DNA from: an uncultured Chloroflexia bacterium
GTDB lineage: Bacteria; Chloroflexota; Limnocylindria; Limnocylindrales; CSP1-4
Length of the DNA: 64,000 nucleotides
Reading direction: 5' to 3'
NCBI GenBank assembly: GCA_963781845.1
Contig: CAWAHN010000014.1
Coordinates: forward strand, 16,285 to 80,284
The stretch's first letter is position 1. Each line of letters begins with the position of its first letter. Below are positions 13,137 to 22,217 of the stretch, piece after piece. The notes under the pieces are model-generated. The model was not told the origin of the DNA. It ran no database searches and saw only the letters and a program-made list of their open reading frames with translations. Made by a program: the position numbers and the translations under genes.

Positions 13137-14320
13137 GCGCGCGAACGTCCGGCCGGGTCCTGCTCGAAGCGCTCGCTGCCGCGCGCCGTCTCGATGCGCT
13201 CGGCCACGAGCCGCCGACGGTCCTGGCCGTCCACCCGACCTCCACCAACCCGTTCCAGGCGCTGACCTACCGCCGGGCCTGGGAGAACGGGATCGGCCCC
13301 GTCCCGATGCGACGGTGGGACGAGCTCGATGAGCTGCTGCCGCTGCCGGGTCTCGGCATCCGCACGATCCTCCACCTCCACTGGACCCACGCCGTCCTGG
13401 CCCGGGCCGCCGATGAGGCAGCCGGCCGGGTCGCCATCGCAGCGTTCCTCGCCCGACTCGACCGCTTCCTCGACGCCGGCGGGCGACTGGTGTGGACCGT
13501 CCATAACGTGCTCCCGCATGACGTTCGGTTCCACTCCCTCGAGGCCGAGCTCCAGCAGGCGGTCGTCGACCGGGCGGCGGCGATCCACATCCTCGCAGCC
13601 GGCACGATCGATGCGACCGCCGACTGGTTCACGATCCCACCGGAGCGCGTCGTCCACGTCCCGCTGCCGAGCTATCGGGGCGCGTACGCCGACATCTACT
13701 CGGCCGACGAGGCCCGCCACCGCCTGGGGATCGATCCGGACGATGTCGTCTACGGGCTCGTCGGCCGGATCAAGCCGTACAAGGGCCTGACCGCGCTGCT
13801 CGACGCGTTCGACCGGCTGATCGAGGCCGACCCTCGACCACGCCGGCTGCTCATCGCCGGTCCGCCGGATCAGGCACCGGCGACGGCTGCCTTCCTCGAG
13901 CGAGCCGGGACGCACCCGCGGGTCACCATCCATGCCCGGAACTTCCCCGACGACGAGATGCAGCTGTTCCTCCGAGCGACGGATCTAGCCGTCCTGCCCT
14001 ACGAGGACGTGCTGAACTCGAGCGTGCTGTTCCTGGCCCTCACCTTCGGTCTGCCGGTCATCGTTCCGTCGGCGGGTGGGATCGGTGAGGAGATCGCGCC
14101 CGCGTTCGGGCGCACGTTCGTCCCGGGCGATCCGGACTCCTTGGTCGCGGCCCTGCGCGCCGGCGACGAGCTGCTCGAACCATCGGCGCGCGAGACCGCC
14201 CGTAAGGCCGCGCTGGCCGTCGCCGCCGAGCACGATCCGGATGTGCTCGGCGAGCGCTTCGCGCGCGAACTGCTCAGCCGCGTCTACGGCGACCCCGTGC
14301 TACCCTACGGCGGCTCATGA
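13133..14320 (+). CDS. Glycosyltransferase (GT-B fold, group-1-like).
   Basis: Internal start MSARTSGRVLLEAL, ATGA-coupled to the upstream stop. N-domain ILHLHWTH, C-domain GRIKPYKGLTALLDAF...LPYEDVLNSSVLFLALTFGLPVIV. The 133-aa N-terminal extension in the track ORF was rejected. Confidence 0.7.
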   Translation: MSARTSGRVLLEALAAARRLDALGHEPPTVLAVHPTSTNPFQALTYRRAWENGIGPVPMRRWDELDELLPLPGLGIRTILHLHWTHAVLARAADEAAGRVAIAAFLARLDRFLDAGGRLVWTVHNVLPHDVRFHSLEAELQQAVVDRAAAIHILAAGTIDATADWFTIPPERVVHVPLPSYRGAYADIYSADEARHRLGIDPDDVVYGLVGRIKPYKGLTALLDAFDRLIEADPRPRRLLIAGPPDQAPATAAFLERAGTHPRVTIHARNFPDDEMQLFLRATDLAVLPYEDVLNSSVLFLALTFGLPVIVPSAGGIGEEIAPAFGRTFVPGDPDSLVAALRAGDELLEPSARETARKAALAVAAEHDPDVLGERFARELLSRVYGDPVLPYGGS

Positions 14321-15174
14321 CCGTTTCAACCAACGAGGCGATCGCCTCCACGCGCCCCCGCGCGCAGCGAGCTGGCATGGTGGCGCTGGTCCGGTCGGGC
14401 ATCGGCGAGATCATCGCCCGGCGACGGCTGACCCGCTACCTCGTCGGGGCGGAGCTCAAGCGGACGCACGCCGATACCGCCTTCGGCCAGATCTGGTGGG
14501 TCCTCGACCCGCTCCTCCAGATGATCGTCTACGCCTTCGTGGTGACGGTCATCTTCCAGCGCAAGACGCCGGACTACCCGCTGTTCGTGTTCGCTCCGAT
14601 CCTGGCCTGGAAGTGGTTCAGCGCGACGCTCAACGAGGCGGCCCTGTCGGTGACCGGGCGCCAGCAGCTCATCCGCCAGATCCAGTTCCCCAAGCTCGTC
14701 CTGCCCGCATCGGCGGTCGTTGCCGGCACGGTCAGCTTCGCTTTCGGGCTGATCGCGCTGGGCATCGTCTACCTGTTCTTCCTGCCACGCCTGAGCCTGT
14801 GGGTCCTGACCATCCCGATCATCGCCTTCGTCCAGTTCGTGTTCACCCTGGCGCTCGGGATCCTGTTCGCCGCCGCGAATGCCTTCTTCCGCGACATCCA
14901 GAACGTCATGCATCACCTCCTGCGGCTGTGGTTCTACCTGTCGCCGGCGCTGTACTCCCTCGACGACCTCGCGAAGTCGCATCCGTCCTTGTACACGCTC
15001 TTCTCGCTCAACCCGATGGCCGTCCTGCTCGACTCGTATCGCTCGGTCACCTGGGGCATGGGGCCGCCGAACTGGTTCGGCCTGGGCATCGTCCTGGTGC
15101 TGTCCGCACTGCTGGTGCTCGTGGCGATCTACTTCTTCAAGCGCGCCGAGCCGGCGTTCGCGAGGATCCTGTGA
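14317..15174 (+). CDS. ABC-2 type polysaccharide/teichoic-acid export permease (Wzm/TagG/KpsM family).
   Basis: 285 aa with 6 predicted TM helices and a typical ABC-2 signature region. Its start overlaps the upstream GT stop. Confidence 0.85.
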   Translation: MTVSTNEAIASTRPRAQRAGMVALVRSGIGEIIARRRLTRYLVGAELKRTHADTAFGQIWWVLDPLLQMIVYAFVVTVIFQRKTPDYPLFVFAPILAWKWFSATLNEAALSVTGRQQLIRQIQFPKLVLPASAVVAGTVSFAFGLIALGIVYLFFLPRLSLWVLTIPIIAFVQFVFTLALGILFAAANAFFRDIQNVMHHLLRLWFYLSPALYSLDDLAKSHPSLYTLFSLNPMAVLLDSYRSVTWGMGPPNWFGLGIVLVLSALLVLVAIYFFKRAEPAFARIL

Positions 15175-16037
15175 CCACCGTCGATCCGGTCATGGATCCG
15201 ATGCGGCCGACGGGCCTCGCGACGGTCGAGGAACGGGCGGTCGAGGTGGTCGACCTCGGCATCCGCTACGACCTGCGACTCACCAAGCGGACGACGCTCA
15301 AGGGCTCGCTCGGCGGGATGCTCCGCCGGAGCCACGGCGGCGAGAACCACTTCTGGGCCCTGCGCCACCTGTCGTTCACGCTCGACCAGGGCGAGTCGCT
15401 GGCGGTCATCGGCCCGAACGGCGCCGGCAAGAGCACGCTCCTGCTCGCCCTGGCCGGCATCCTCCAGCCGTCCGAGGGCGCGGTCCTCAGCCACGGCCGG
15501 GTGTCGACCCTGCTCACCCTCGGGGCAGGCTTCGAGGTCGAGCTGACCGGACGGGACAACATCGACCTGGTCGGCGCGTTCCTCGGGATCGACCAGGGCC
15601 AGATGGACCAGCTGACCCCGTCGATCATCGAGTTCGCGGACATCGGCAAGTTCATCGATGCCCCGGTCAAGACCTACTCGGCCGGGATGAAGGCGCGACT
15701 CGGCTTCTCGATCGCCACCGCGGTCACGCCGGACATCCTCCTGCTCGACGAGGTCCTCGGGACCGGCGACCAGACGTTCCGGGCGCGCAGCCAGGCCCGC
15801 GTCCGCGAGCTCGTCGGGAAGGCCAAGGCGATCGTCCTGGTCACCCACGACCTGACCTTCGTGAGCGAGTTCTGCAACCGGGCGATCCTGCTCGAGCGTG
15901 GCGGGATCATCGAGGAAGGCGAGCCGGAGGCGATCGTCGATCTCTATCGCGAACGGGTCGCCCAGCGCAGGCTCCTCGCCGAGGAGGACGCTCAGCGCTT
16001 CGCGGTCGTGCCCGACCGCAGTGCCGCCAACGGCTGA
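15171..16037 (+). CDS. ABC transporter ATP-binding protein (Wzt/TagH/KpsT family).
   Basis: Walker A GPNGAGKST, signature YSAGMKARLGF, Walker B ILLLDEV. The GTG start overlaps the permease stop (GTGA). No C-terminal carbohydrate-binding extension is present. Confidence 0.85.
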   Translation: MTTVDPVMDPMRPTGLATVEERAVEVVDLGIRYDLRLTKRTTLKGSLGGMLRRSHGGENHFWALRHLSFTLDQGESLAVIGPNGAGKSTLLLALAGILQPSEGAVLSHGRVSTLLTLGAGFEVELTGRDNIDLVGAFLGIDQGQMDQLTPSIIEFADIGKFIDAPVKTYSAGMKARLGFSIATAVTPDILLLDEVLGTGDQTFRARSQARVRELVGKAKAIVLVTHDLTFVSEFCNRAILLERGGIIEEGEPEAIVDLYRERVAQRRLLAEEDAQRFAVVPDRSAANG

Positions 16038-16070
16038 GGACGTCCCGAGCCGGGCCGGCCGACCGGTCCG

Positions 16071-16847
16071 TCAGTCCTCGAGCCGGCGCAGGAACCCGCT
16101 TCGGCAATAGGTCGTGGTAAGCCGCTCGTACGAGCGGTCGATCTCGAACTCGGGGTGCGCCGCCAGGTATTCCCGGACCGCCTCGAGCGGGTTGTCGTCA
16201 TGCCAGGTCGGCTGGCCGTTGGGTGCGTCCGCGACCATCGGCATGACCTCGTCGAAGACGATCATGTAGCTGCCCGGCGTCACCATCGGGCCGTACAGCT
16301 CGAGCTCGCGCAGGACGTGGGCCCGGGTGTGATTCGAATCGAGCATGACCATGGTCGTCTGGCCCGGAGCGATCAGGTCGCGGACGGAGGCGACGGTCGT
16401 CGGATCGGTCGAGCTGCCCTCGATCAGGCTGATCCGGCGGGCCATCGGGTGGCTCTCGATGGCCAGCCGGTTGTACTTGCGGATCTCGATGTCCACCCCG
16501 ATCACGCGGCCGCGCCCGAGCAGCTCGAGGATCGAGGCGTAGAGGATCAGGGCGCCGCCGTGGGCGACCCCGCTCTCGATGACGACATCGGGGCGCAGCT
16601 TCCAGACCAGCTCCTGGACCATCACGATGTCCTCGGGAAGCTGGATGATCGGGATGCCCAGCCAGGTGACCTCGTAGGACAGCTTGCGCTGCCAGCCGGA
16701 CCGGGTGAACAGGTCCGCGACCACCGCGAACCCCTCCGGCGTGTAGATGTCGACCTCGCGGGGACCGTCCTCGGTCCGGATCGTGATGACCCGGTCCGGC
16801 TGCGTTCCGCTGTCCGTCACGATCGGTCCTCCAAGCGACTGCGCCAC
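16071..16847 (-). CDS. CmcI-family (cephalosporin-hydroxylase-like) class I SAM-dependent O-methyltransferase, rhamnosyl-O-methyltransferase-like.
   Basis: 258 aa. IESGVAHGGALILYASILELLGRGRVIGVDIEIRKYN is the CmcI Rossmann core. It is the last gene of the CDP-sugar operon. Confidence 0.65.
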   Translation of the reverse strand: MAQSLGGPIVTDSGTQPDRVITIRTEDGPREVDIYTPEGFAVVADLFTRSGWQRKLSYEVTWLGIPIIQLPEDIVMVQELVWKLRPDVVIESGVAHGGALILYASILELLGRGRVIGVDIEIRKYNRLAIESHPMARRISLIEGSSTDPTTVASVRDLIAPGQTTMVMLDSNHTRAHVLRELELYGPMVTPGSYMIVFDEVMPMVADAPNGQPTWHDDNPLEAVREYLAAHPEFEIDRSYERLTTTYCRSGFLRRLED

Positions 16848-17707
16848 CAGGCGATCGTCTCATCGATGCCGGCTGGGAGATCGCGCGTCGGTCGCCAGCC
16901 CAGACCGAGCAGCGGCCGCGGATCGCCCGGATGGGCATAGCCGTCGTCCCCGATCGGGCCGAGGGCGCCGAGGCGAAGCAGATCGGGTCGACCGGTGCGG
17001 TCGGCGATCGTCCGGAAGACGTCCGCCAGGGTCACCGGTGAACCCGAGCAGATGTCGACCCCACCGGTCAGGGTGGTCCCGGCAAGGGTACAGAACGCGG
17101 CGGCCACATCGGCGACGTACAGGTAGTCCCGCGGTCGCTGGCCGTCGGTCGTCGCGATCTCCTCCCCGGCGACGAGCGCGCGGATCACCGCCGGGATCAC
17201 CCGACGCCGGTCCTCACCGGGCCCGTAGAGATAGAACACGTGCCCGCAGGCGACCGACACGCCCGACGACGAGACGCCCTCCGACAACCGGTGGAGCGCC
17301 CCCTTGGCCGCCTCGTAGATCCGGGGTCGGGGTTCGGCGGCGTTCTCGAGGCAGGTCCCGCCGAGCACGACCCGCGGGCATCCGCCTTCGGCCGCGGCCA
17401 GGAGGAGCCCGACCGAGGCCTCCAGCGACGCGAGGTTCTCGGCCAGCGCATCACGATAGCGGCCCGGCTCGGCGTACCAGGCGAGGTGGATGACGGCGTC
17501 GGGCCGGATCTCGCCGAGCAGCGCCATCAGGCGCGACCGGTCCGCCAGATCCGCCTCGACGCGGTCGACCCGGCTCCCGAGGTCGTCGAGGCGCGCGGCC
17601 ACCGACCCGGGCCGAACGAGGGCGACGGGGTGGTCTCCCCGTGAGAGCAGCTCGCGAACGACGTGCGCGCCGATGAACCCGGCGGCCCCGGTCACGAGGA
17701 CCTTCAT
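16817..17707 (-). CDS. NAD(P)-dependent sugar epimerase/reductase (extended SDR), likely the 4-ketoreductase of the CDP-sugar pathway.
   Basis: MKVLVTGAAGFIGAHVVRELL, YxxxK (YEAAKGAL), 296 aa. Confidence 0.8.
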   Translation of the reverse strand: MKVLVTGAAGFIGAHVVRELLSRGDHPVALVRPGSVAARLDDLGSRVDRVEADLADRSRLMALLGEIRPDAVIHLAWYAEPGRYRDALAENLASLEASVGLLLAAAEGGCPRVVLGGTCLENAAEPRPRIYEAAKGALHRLSEGVSSSGVSVACGHVFYLYGPGEDRRRVIPAVIRALVAGEEIATTDGQRPRDYLYVADVAAAFCTLAGTTLTGGVDICSGSPVTLADVFRTIADRTGRPDLLRLGALGPIGDDGYAHPGDPRPLLGLGWRPTRDLPAGIDETIAWWRSRLEDRS

Positions 17708-18162
17708 CAGTGCTGCCGGATGTCCCAGTCGTACGGGATGTCGTTATCGAACGGATCGAGCCGGATCGACCGCGCCGGGTCGTGCGGATGGGTCGAGCAG
17801 TTGGCGACGATGGCCGCCCCCGGCCCCATCCCCTTGAACCCGTTCCAGACCCCCGGCGGGACCTGGACGAGACTGTAGTCGTCGGGACCCAGGAACCGCT
17901 CCATGACCTCGCCCCGCGATGGGGACCCGTCGCGATCGTCGTACAGGACCAGCTTGATGCGGCCGTGCACGCAGACGTAGTTGAGGGTCATCTCGGCATG
18001 CTTGTGCCAGCCCTTGACGACACCCGGATACACGGTCGAGAAGTAGATCTCGCCGAATCCAAGGAACTCGGGATCCGTGGCCTTGAGCATGTGCATGACC
18101 GTGCCGCGTTCGTCCGGGATCCGGGCGCGGGGCACGATGCGCACTCCATCGATCATCGTCAC
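17707..18162 (-). CDS. Cupin-fold sugar epimerase/isomerase (RmlC/FdtA superfamily); the G-x-H-x-H motif (KGWHKH) favours an FdtA/QdtA-type 3,4-ketoisomerase over a RmlC-type 3,5-epimerase.
   Basis: 151 aa. GEIYFSTVYPGVVKGWHKHAEMTLNYVCVHGRIKLVLYDD. The stop overlaps the start of the downstream reductase. The ATG overlaps the C-methyltransferase stop (ATGA). Confidence 0.65.
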   Translation of the reverse strand: MTMIDGVRIVPRARIPDERGTVMHMLKATDPEFLGFGEIYFSTVYPGVVKGWHKHAEMTLNYVCVHGRIKLVLYDDRDGSPSRGEVMERFLGPDDYSLVQVPPGVWNGFKGMGPGAAIVANCSTHPHDPARSIRLDPFDNDIPYDWDIRQH

Positions 18163-19397
18163 ACCAGCTGCGGGTCCGGGATCGGGATGAGGAACCGCCC
18201 GCCGCGCTCACGGTACTCGGTCTGTTGCGCAAGGATCTCGTCGGCGAAGTTCCAGGCGAGCAACAGGCAGACGTCCGGCATGGCTCCGACGAGCCGCTCC
18301 GCGGGCACGATCGGGATGTGCACGCCGGGCATGAAGCGGCCCTCCTTGTACGGGCTCCGATCCGCGACGAAGTCGATCGTCTCGGTCCCGATCCCGAAGG
18401 CGTTGAGCAGGACCGTTCCCTTGGCCGCGGCTCCGTAGGCGGCGACCGTCCGGCCCTCGGTCCGGAGCTCGCCGATGAGGGCGAGCAACTTCCGTCCCAG
18501 GGTCTCCACGCGAGTCGCGAATTCGAGGAAGTAGGCGGGCGTGGTCAGGCCGAGGACACGCTCCTCCTCCAGGAGTGCCGCGACGGCCTCGGACGATCCG
18601 TCGGCGCCGACCGACCCGGAGGCGCCGGAGTGGCGGACGAAGATCCGAAGCGAGCCCCCGTGAACGGGTAACCGCTCGACACCCACGACGGCCAGGCCGG
18701 CGCGGTCGAAGATCCGTTCGAGCGCGCTCAGCGAGTGGTAGTAGCGATGCTCGTGGTAGATCGTGTCGAATTCGAGCCGCTCGACCAGGTCCCTGACGTA
18801 GGGGGTCTCGATCACGGCGACGCCGTCCGGCTTGAGGATCAGTCCGATCCCGGCCACGAACCCATCGAGATCCGGCACGTGAGCGATGACGTTGTTGGCA
18901 TGGACGACGTCGGCCGACTGCCCCGAGTCGACCAGCTTCCGAGCGAGCTCCGGGTCGAAGAACTCGGCGACCGTGGGCACCCCGCGGGCCATGGCGGCGG
19001 AGGCGACGTTCCGGGCCGGATCGATGCCCAGGACCGGGATCCCGACGGCCGCGTAATGCTGGAGCAGGTAACCGTCGTTGCTGGCGATCTCGACGACGAG
19101 GCTGTCGCGGGTCAGCTGGCGGGTGGAGATCATCCGGTTCGCGCTGAGCCTGGCGTGCTCGACGAACGCCTCGGACACCGACGAGAAGTAGGCATACTCG
19201 CGGAACATCTGCTCGGGCGGCACCGGCTCGGTGATCTGGACCAGGCCACAGGCCGGGCAGATCGCCAGCGTCAACGGGAAGCGCGGCTCGGGATCGTCGA
19301 GCGTCTCACGGGTCAGGAGCGCGTTGGCCAGCGGCTGGTCACCGAGGGACAGGACCGGGACGAGTCCGGCACCGCAGCTCCCGCACGCCGCGGTCAC
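18159..19397 (-). CDS. NDP-hexose C-methyltransferase (TylC3/NovU family; zinc-binding N-domain plus SAM-MTase plus C-MT C-terminal domain).
   Basis: GTG start VTAACGSCGAGLVPVLSLGDQPLANALL, overlapping the rfbG stop (GTGA). A second Cys pair CPACGLVQ follows. ~412 aa. The 148-aa N-terminal extension in the track ORF was rejected. Confidence 0.8.
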   Translation of the reverse strand: MTAACGSCGAGLVPVLSLGDQPLANALLTRETLDDPEPRFPLTLAICPACGLVQITEPVPPEQMFREYAYFSSVSEAFVEHARLSANRMISTRQLTRDSLVVEIASNDGYLLQHYAAVGIPVLGIDPARNVASAAMARGVPTVAEFFDPELARKLVDSGQSADVVHANNVIAHVPDLDGFVAGIGLILKPDGVAVIETPYVRDLVERLEFDTIYHEHRYYHSLSALERIFDRAGLAVVGVERLPVHGGSLRIFVRHSGASGSVGADGSSEAVAALLEEERVLGLTTPAYFLEFATRVETLGRKLLALIGELRTEGRTVAAYGAAAKGTVLLNAFGIGTETIDFVADRSPYKEGRFMPGVHIPIVPAERLVGAMPDVCLLLAWNFADEILAQQTEYRERGGRFLIPIPDPQLV

Positions 19398-20392
19398 TGC
19401 GGCGACGCCGCAAGGTAGGTCCGATACCAGGCGATCGTCTCGCGGAGTCCCGATGCGAGCGTCGAACGAGGGCGCCACCCGAGCTCGCGCCGCGACCGTG
19501 CCGCCGACACCCGCTGGACGGGGATCTCGTGAAGGGGCTCGGCAAGGATGCGGGGTGCGAGCTTGGAGTCCATCAGGTCGACGATCCGGTCGACCATCTC
19601 GAGCACCGTCAGCCGCTGACCCGCCGCGAAGTTGAACGGCCGACCGCGCAGCTCGGGCCGCCGCCCGACCTGGTCGGCCAGGGCGAGGGTCCCGCTGGCC
19701 GCATCGCGGACGAACAGGTAGTCGCGGAGGAACGTCCCGTCGGACCGGATGACCGGCCGCTCCCCGCGCACGATCGATCTGATCGTGCCCGGCACGATGC
19801 GGCTCCAGTTCAGGTCGCCCCCGCCATACAGGTTCGCGCAACGAGTCACGGCGACGGGCGAGCCGTAGGCCTGGGCGTACGTCTGGGCGAGCAGGTCCGC
19901 GGCGGCCTTCGACGTGTCATACGGGTGACCGGGGCGGAGGGCCATCGTCTCCACGTACGGGCGGCCCGCGGCGTCGCCATAGGCCTTGTCCGAGGAGGCG
20001 ACGACGATCCGGGCGACGCGCGGCTGAGCGCGGCACGCCTCGAGGATCGTCCAGGTCCCCTCGATGTTGTGGCTGAACGTGTCGACCGGATCCCGGAGCG
20101 CGGGACCGACCAGGGTCTGCGCGGCGAGGTGGATCACCGAGTCCACGGCCTCGGCGCGGAGGATCCGATCGACCGTCGTCCGGTCGCGAACGTCGCCCAG
20201 CACGCGGACCAGCCCGGGGACGGCGTCCGCGTCGTCGTCCGGCCAGGCGATATCGAGACCGAGCACCGTCGACCCGGATCCGGCCAGCTCGCTGGTGACC
20301 GCCCGACCGAGGAGCCCCGCCGCCCCCGTCACCAGGACGCGGCGACCGGCCCAGCCATCGTCGCGCTCGGCACTCAATCCCAGGTCACCCAC
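19394..20392 (-). CDS. rfbG: CDP-glucose 4,6-dehydratase.
   Basis: RRVLVTGAAGLLGR Rossmann motif, YDTSKAA (YxxxK), and LYGGGDLNWSRIVPGTIRS, which is diagnostic of the DdhB/RfbG family. 332 aa. Confidence 0.85.
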   Translation of the reverse strand: MGDLGLSAERDDGWAGRRVLVTGAAGLLGRAVTSELAGSGSTVLGLDIAWPDDDADAVPGLVRVLGDVRDRTTVDRILRAEAVDSVIHLAAQTLVGPALRDPVDTFSHNIEGTWTILEACRAQPRVARIVVASSDKAYGDAAGRPYVETMALRPGHPYDTSKAAADLLAQTYAQAYGSPVAVTRCANLYGGGDLNWSRIVPGTIRSIVRGERPVIRSDGTFLRDYLFVRDAASGTLALADQVGRRPELRGRPFNFAAGQRLTVLEMVDRIVDLMDSKLAPRILAEPLHEIPVQRVSAARSRRELGWRPRSTLASGLRETIAWYRTYLAASPQ

Positions 20393-21144
20393 GGCGCCGT
20401 CCGGGCCGCCCAGAGCGACCGGAGGTAGCGGACGTCACGGAGGGTGTCCATCGGCTGCCAGAACCCTTCGTGGGCGAAGCCCATCAGCTGTCCGCGCTGA
20501 GAGAGCCCTTCGAGGACGTCGGCTTCGAGGCTGGTCGAGTCGGTCGGGATCGAACCGACGACCTCGGGCTCGAGGACCATGAACCCGCCGTTGATCCAGC
20601 CCTCGCCGATCTGGGGCTTCTCGGTGAACGTGACGGTTCGATCCTCACCGAACGACAGCCCGCCGAACCGAGCCGGCGGCCGGACGGCGGTCACGGTCGC
20701 CAGTCGGCCGGACGCGCGGTGGAACGCGAGGAGCGCCTGGAGGTCGACGTCCGCGACCCCGTCGCCGTAGGTGAGCATGAACGCCTCGTCGCCGAGCCAC
20801 GGCGCCAGTCTGGCGACACGACCGCCGGTACCGGTGTCCGCGCCGGTGTCGACCAGGTGGACGGTCCACGCATCCTTGTCCCGGTCATGTCGATCGACGG
20901 TCCCGACCCCCGTCCTGACGGTCAGGCTGCCGCTCAACGCGAGCGTGTCGACGAAGAAGCGCTTGATGTCGTCGCCCTTGTACCCGAGGGCCACGACGAA
21001 CTCGGTGAAGCCGGCCTGGGCGTAGTGCTTCATGATGTGCCACAGGATCGGACGGTCCCCGATCTCGACCATCGGCTTCGGCCGAACCTCGGTCTCCTCG
21101 GCGAGCCGTGACCCGAGACCGCCGGCTAGGATGACAACCTTCAC
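20374..21144 (-). CDS. rfbF: Glucose-1-phosphate cytidylyltransferase.
   Basis: (V)KVVILAGGLGSRLAEETEVRPKPMVEIGDRPILWHIMKHY aligns to RfbF/DdhA across its whole length. The start is GTG (plus-strand 'cac' at 21142-21144). Confidence 0.9.
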   Translation of the reverse strand: MKVVILAGGLGSRLAEETEVRPKPMVEIGDRPILWHIMKHYAQAGFTEFVVALGYKGDDIKRFFVDTLALSGSLTVRTGVGTVDRHDRDKDAWTVHLVDTGADTGTGGRVARLAPWLGDEAFMLTYGDGVADVDLQALLAFHRASGRLATVTAVRPPARFGGLSFGEDRTVTFTEKPQIGEGWINGGFMVLEPEVVGSIPTDSTSLEADVLEGLSQRGQLMGFAHEGFWQPMDTLRDVRYLRSLWAARTAPWVTWD

Positions 21145-21226
21145 GCTCCGATTATGCCCCAGCGGCCGGCGCTTCCCCGAGGGCGGCGCCCGGATCGACG
21201 TCGGGCTCGCGTGGGGAAGGCGATCG
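21145..21226. promoter_or_regulatory. Divergent intergenic region between the rfbF operon (minus) and the MTase/GT2 genes (plus).
   Basis: 82-bp gap between divergent CDS starts. Confidence 0.3.
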
Positions 21227-22198
21227 ATGACAGACCTCGACCAGAACCCGAAGAGCGACCTCGCACGACCGTCGAAGTTCTGGGCCGCCCTCGGAGGACG
21301 GCACGCGCAGGACGTGACCGAGCACGGCTACGACGCCCTCAAGCGACGCCAGGCACTCCGCTACTTCACCTGGAGCTGGCACCTGCGATCGATCCTCGGC
21401 AGCGAGCAGATGCGCCATCTCCTGCGTCGCACCCCGGTGACCGCGTGGCTCCGATCGGCGTTCACGCCGTTCGCGATCCGCGGTCGCTCGTGGGCTCCGC
21501 TGGACTGGTCGATCGCCGACCGCTGGCTGTACACGGCGGCGGTCAGATTGCTGTGGGAGTACGCGCTGATCCATGGCGACCGCGACGTCCTTCGCCTGGC
21601 GGAGCCGTTGGAAGGCGACCCACTGCCGGTCTCGTACCGAGGTCGGTTGATCTCGCAGGACCTCGCCAACTCCGCTCTGGAGGTCGCCGCGATGCGGCGC
21701 ATCCTCGAGGGACGGTCGCCGCAGTCGATCCTCGAGGTCGGCGCAGGATACGGGCGGACCGCGTACGTCCTGCTGTCGGTCTATCCGAGCTCGACGTACA
21801 CGATCGTCGATATCGAGCCGGCGCTCAGCATCTCGCGCTGGTACCTGAGCCGGCTGTTCCCGTCCGACCGACTCCGATTCCTGACACCGGACCGGGTCGA
21901 CGAGGTGGCCGGCGGGTCCGTCGATCTGGCGGTATCCATCTCCTCCCTCCAGGAGATGACCCCCGGCCAGGTCCAGGGGTATCTCGGATTCATGGATCGG
22001 GTCGCCGCCGGCGGTCGCGTCTACCTGAAGCAGTGGGCGACCTGGCGCAACCCCGACGACGGCGTGACCATGCGGTTCTCGGAGTATCCGGTGCCGTCAG
22101 CCTGGATGGCGACCCTCCGCGAGGCGGCGCCGGTCCAGGAACGCTTCGTTCAGGCCGGCTGGCTCGTTCCGCATCCGTCCGCGGCCGGGACCTCGTGA
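21227..22198 (+). CDS. Class I SAM-dependent methyltransferase (putative sugar O-methyltransferase family).
   Basis: Start MTDLDQNPKSDLARPSKFW. SAM motif ILEVGAGYGRTAYVL. 323 aa. The 65-aa N-terminal extension in the track ORF was rejected. Confidence 0.6.
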   Translation: MTDLDQNPKSDLARPSKFWAALGGRHAQDVTEHGYDALKRRQALRYFTWSWHLRSILGSEQMRHLLRRTPVTAWLRSAFTPFAIRGRSWAPLDWSIADRWLYTAAVRLLWEYALIHGDRDVLRLAEPLEGDPLPVSYRGRLISQDLANSALEVAAMRRILEGRSPQSILEVGAGYGRTAYVLLSVYPSSTYTIVDIEPALSISRWYLSRLFPSDRLRFLTPDRVDEVAGGSVDLAVSISSLQEMTPGQVQGYLGFMDRVAAGGRVYLKQWATWRNPDDGVTMRFSEYPVPSAWMATLREAAPVQERFVQAGWLVPHPSAAGTS

Positions 22199-22217
22199 CC
22201 CGGCGTCACGGCCCGAG

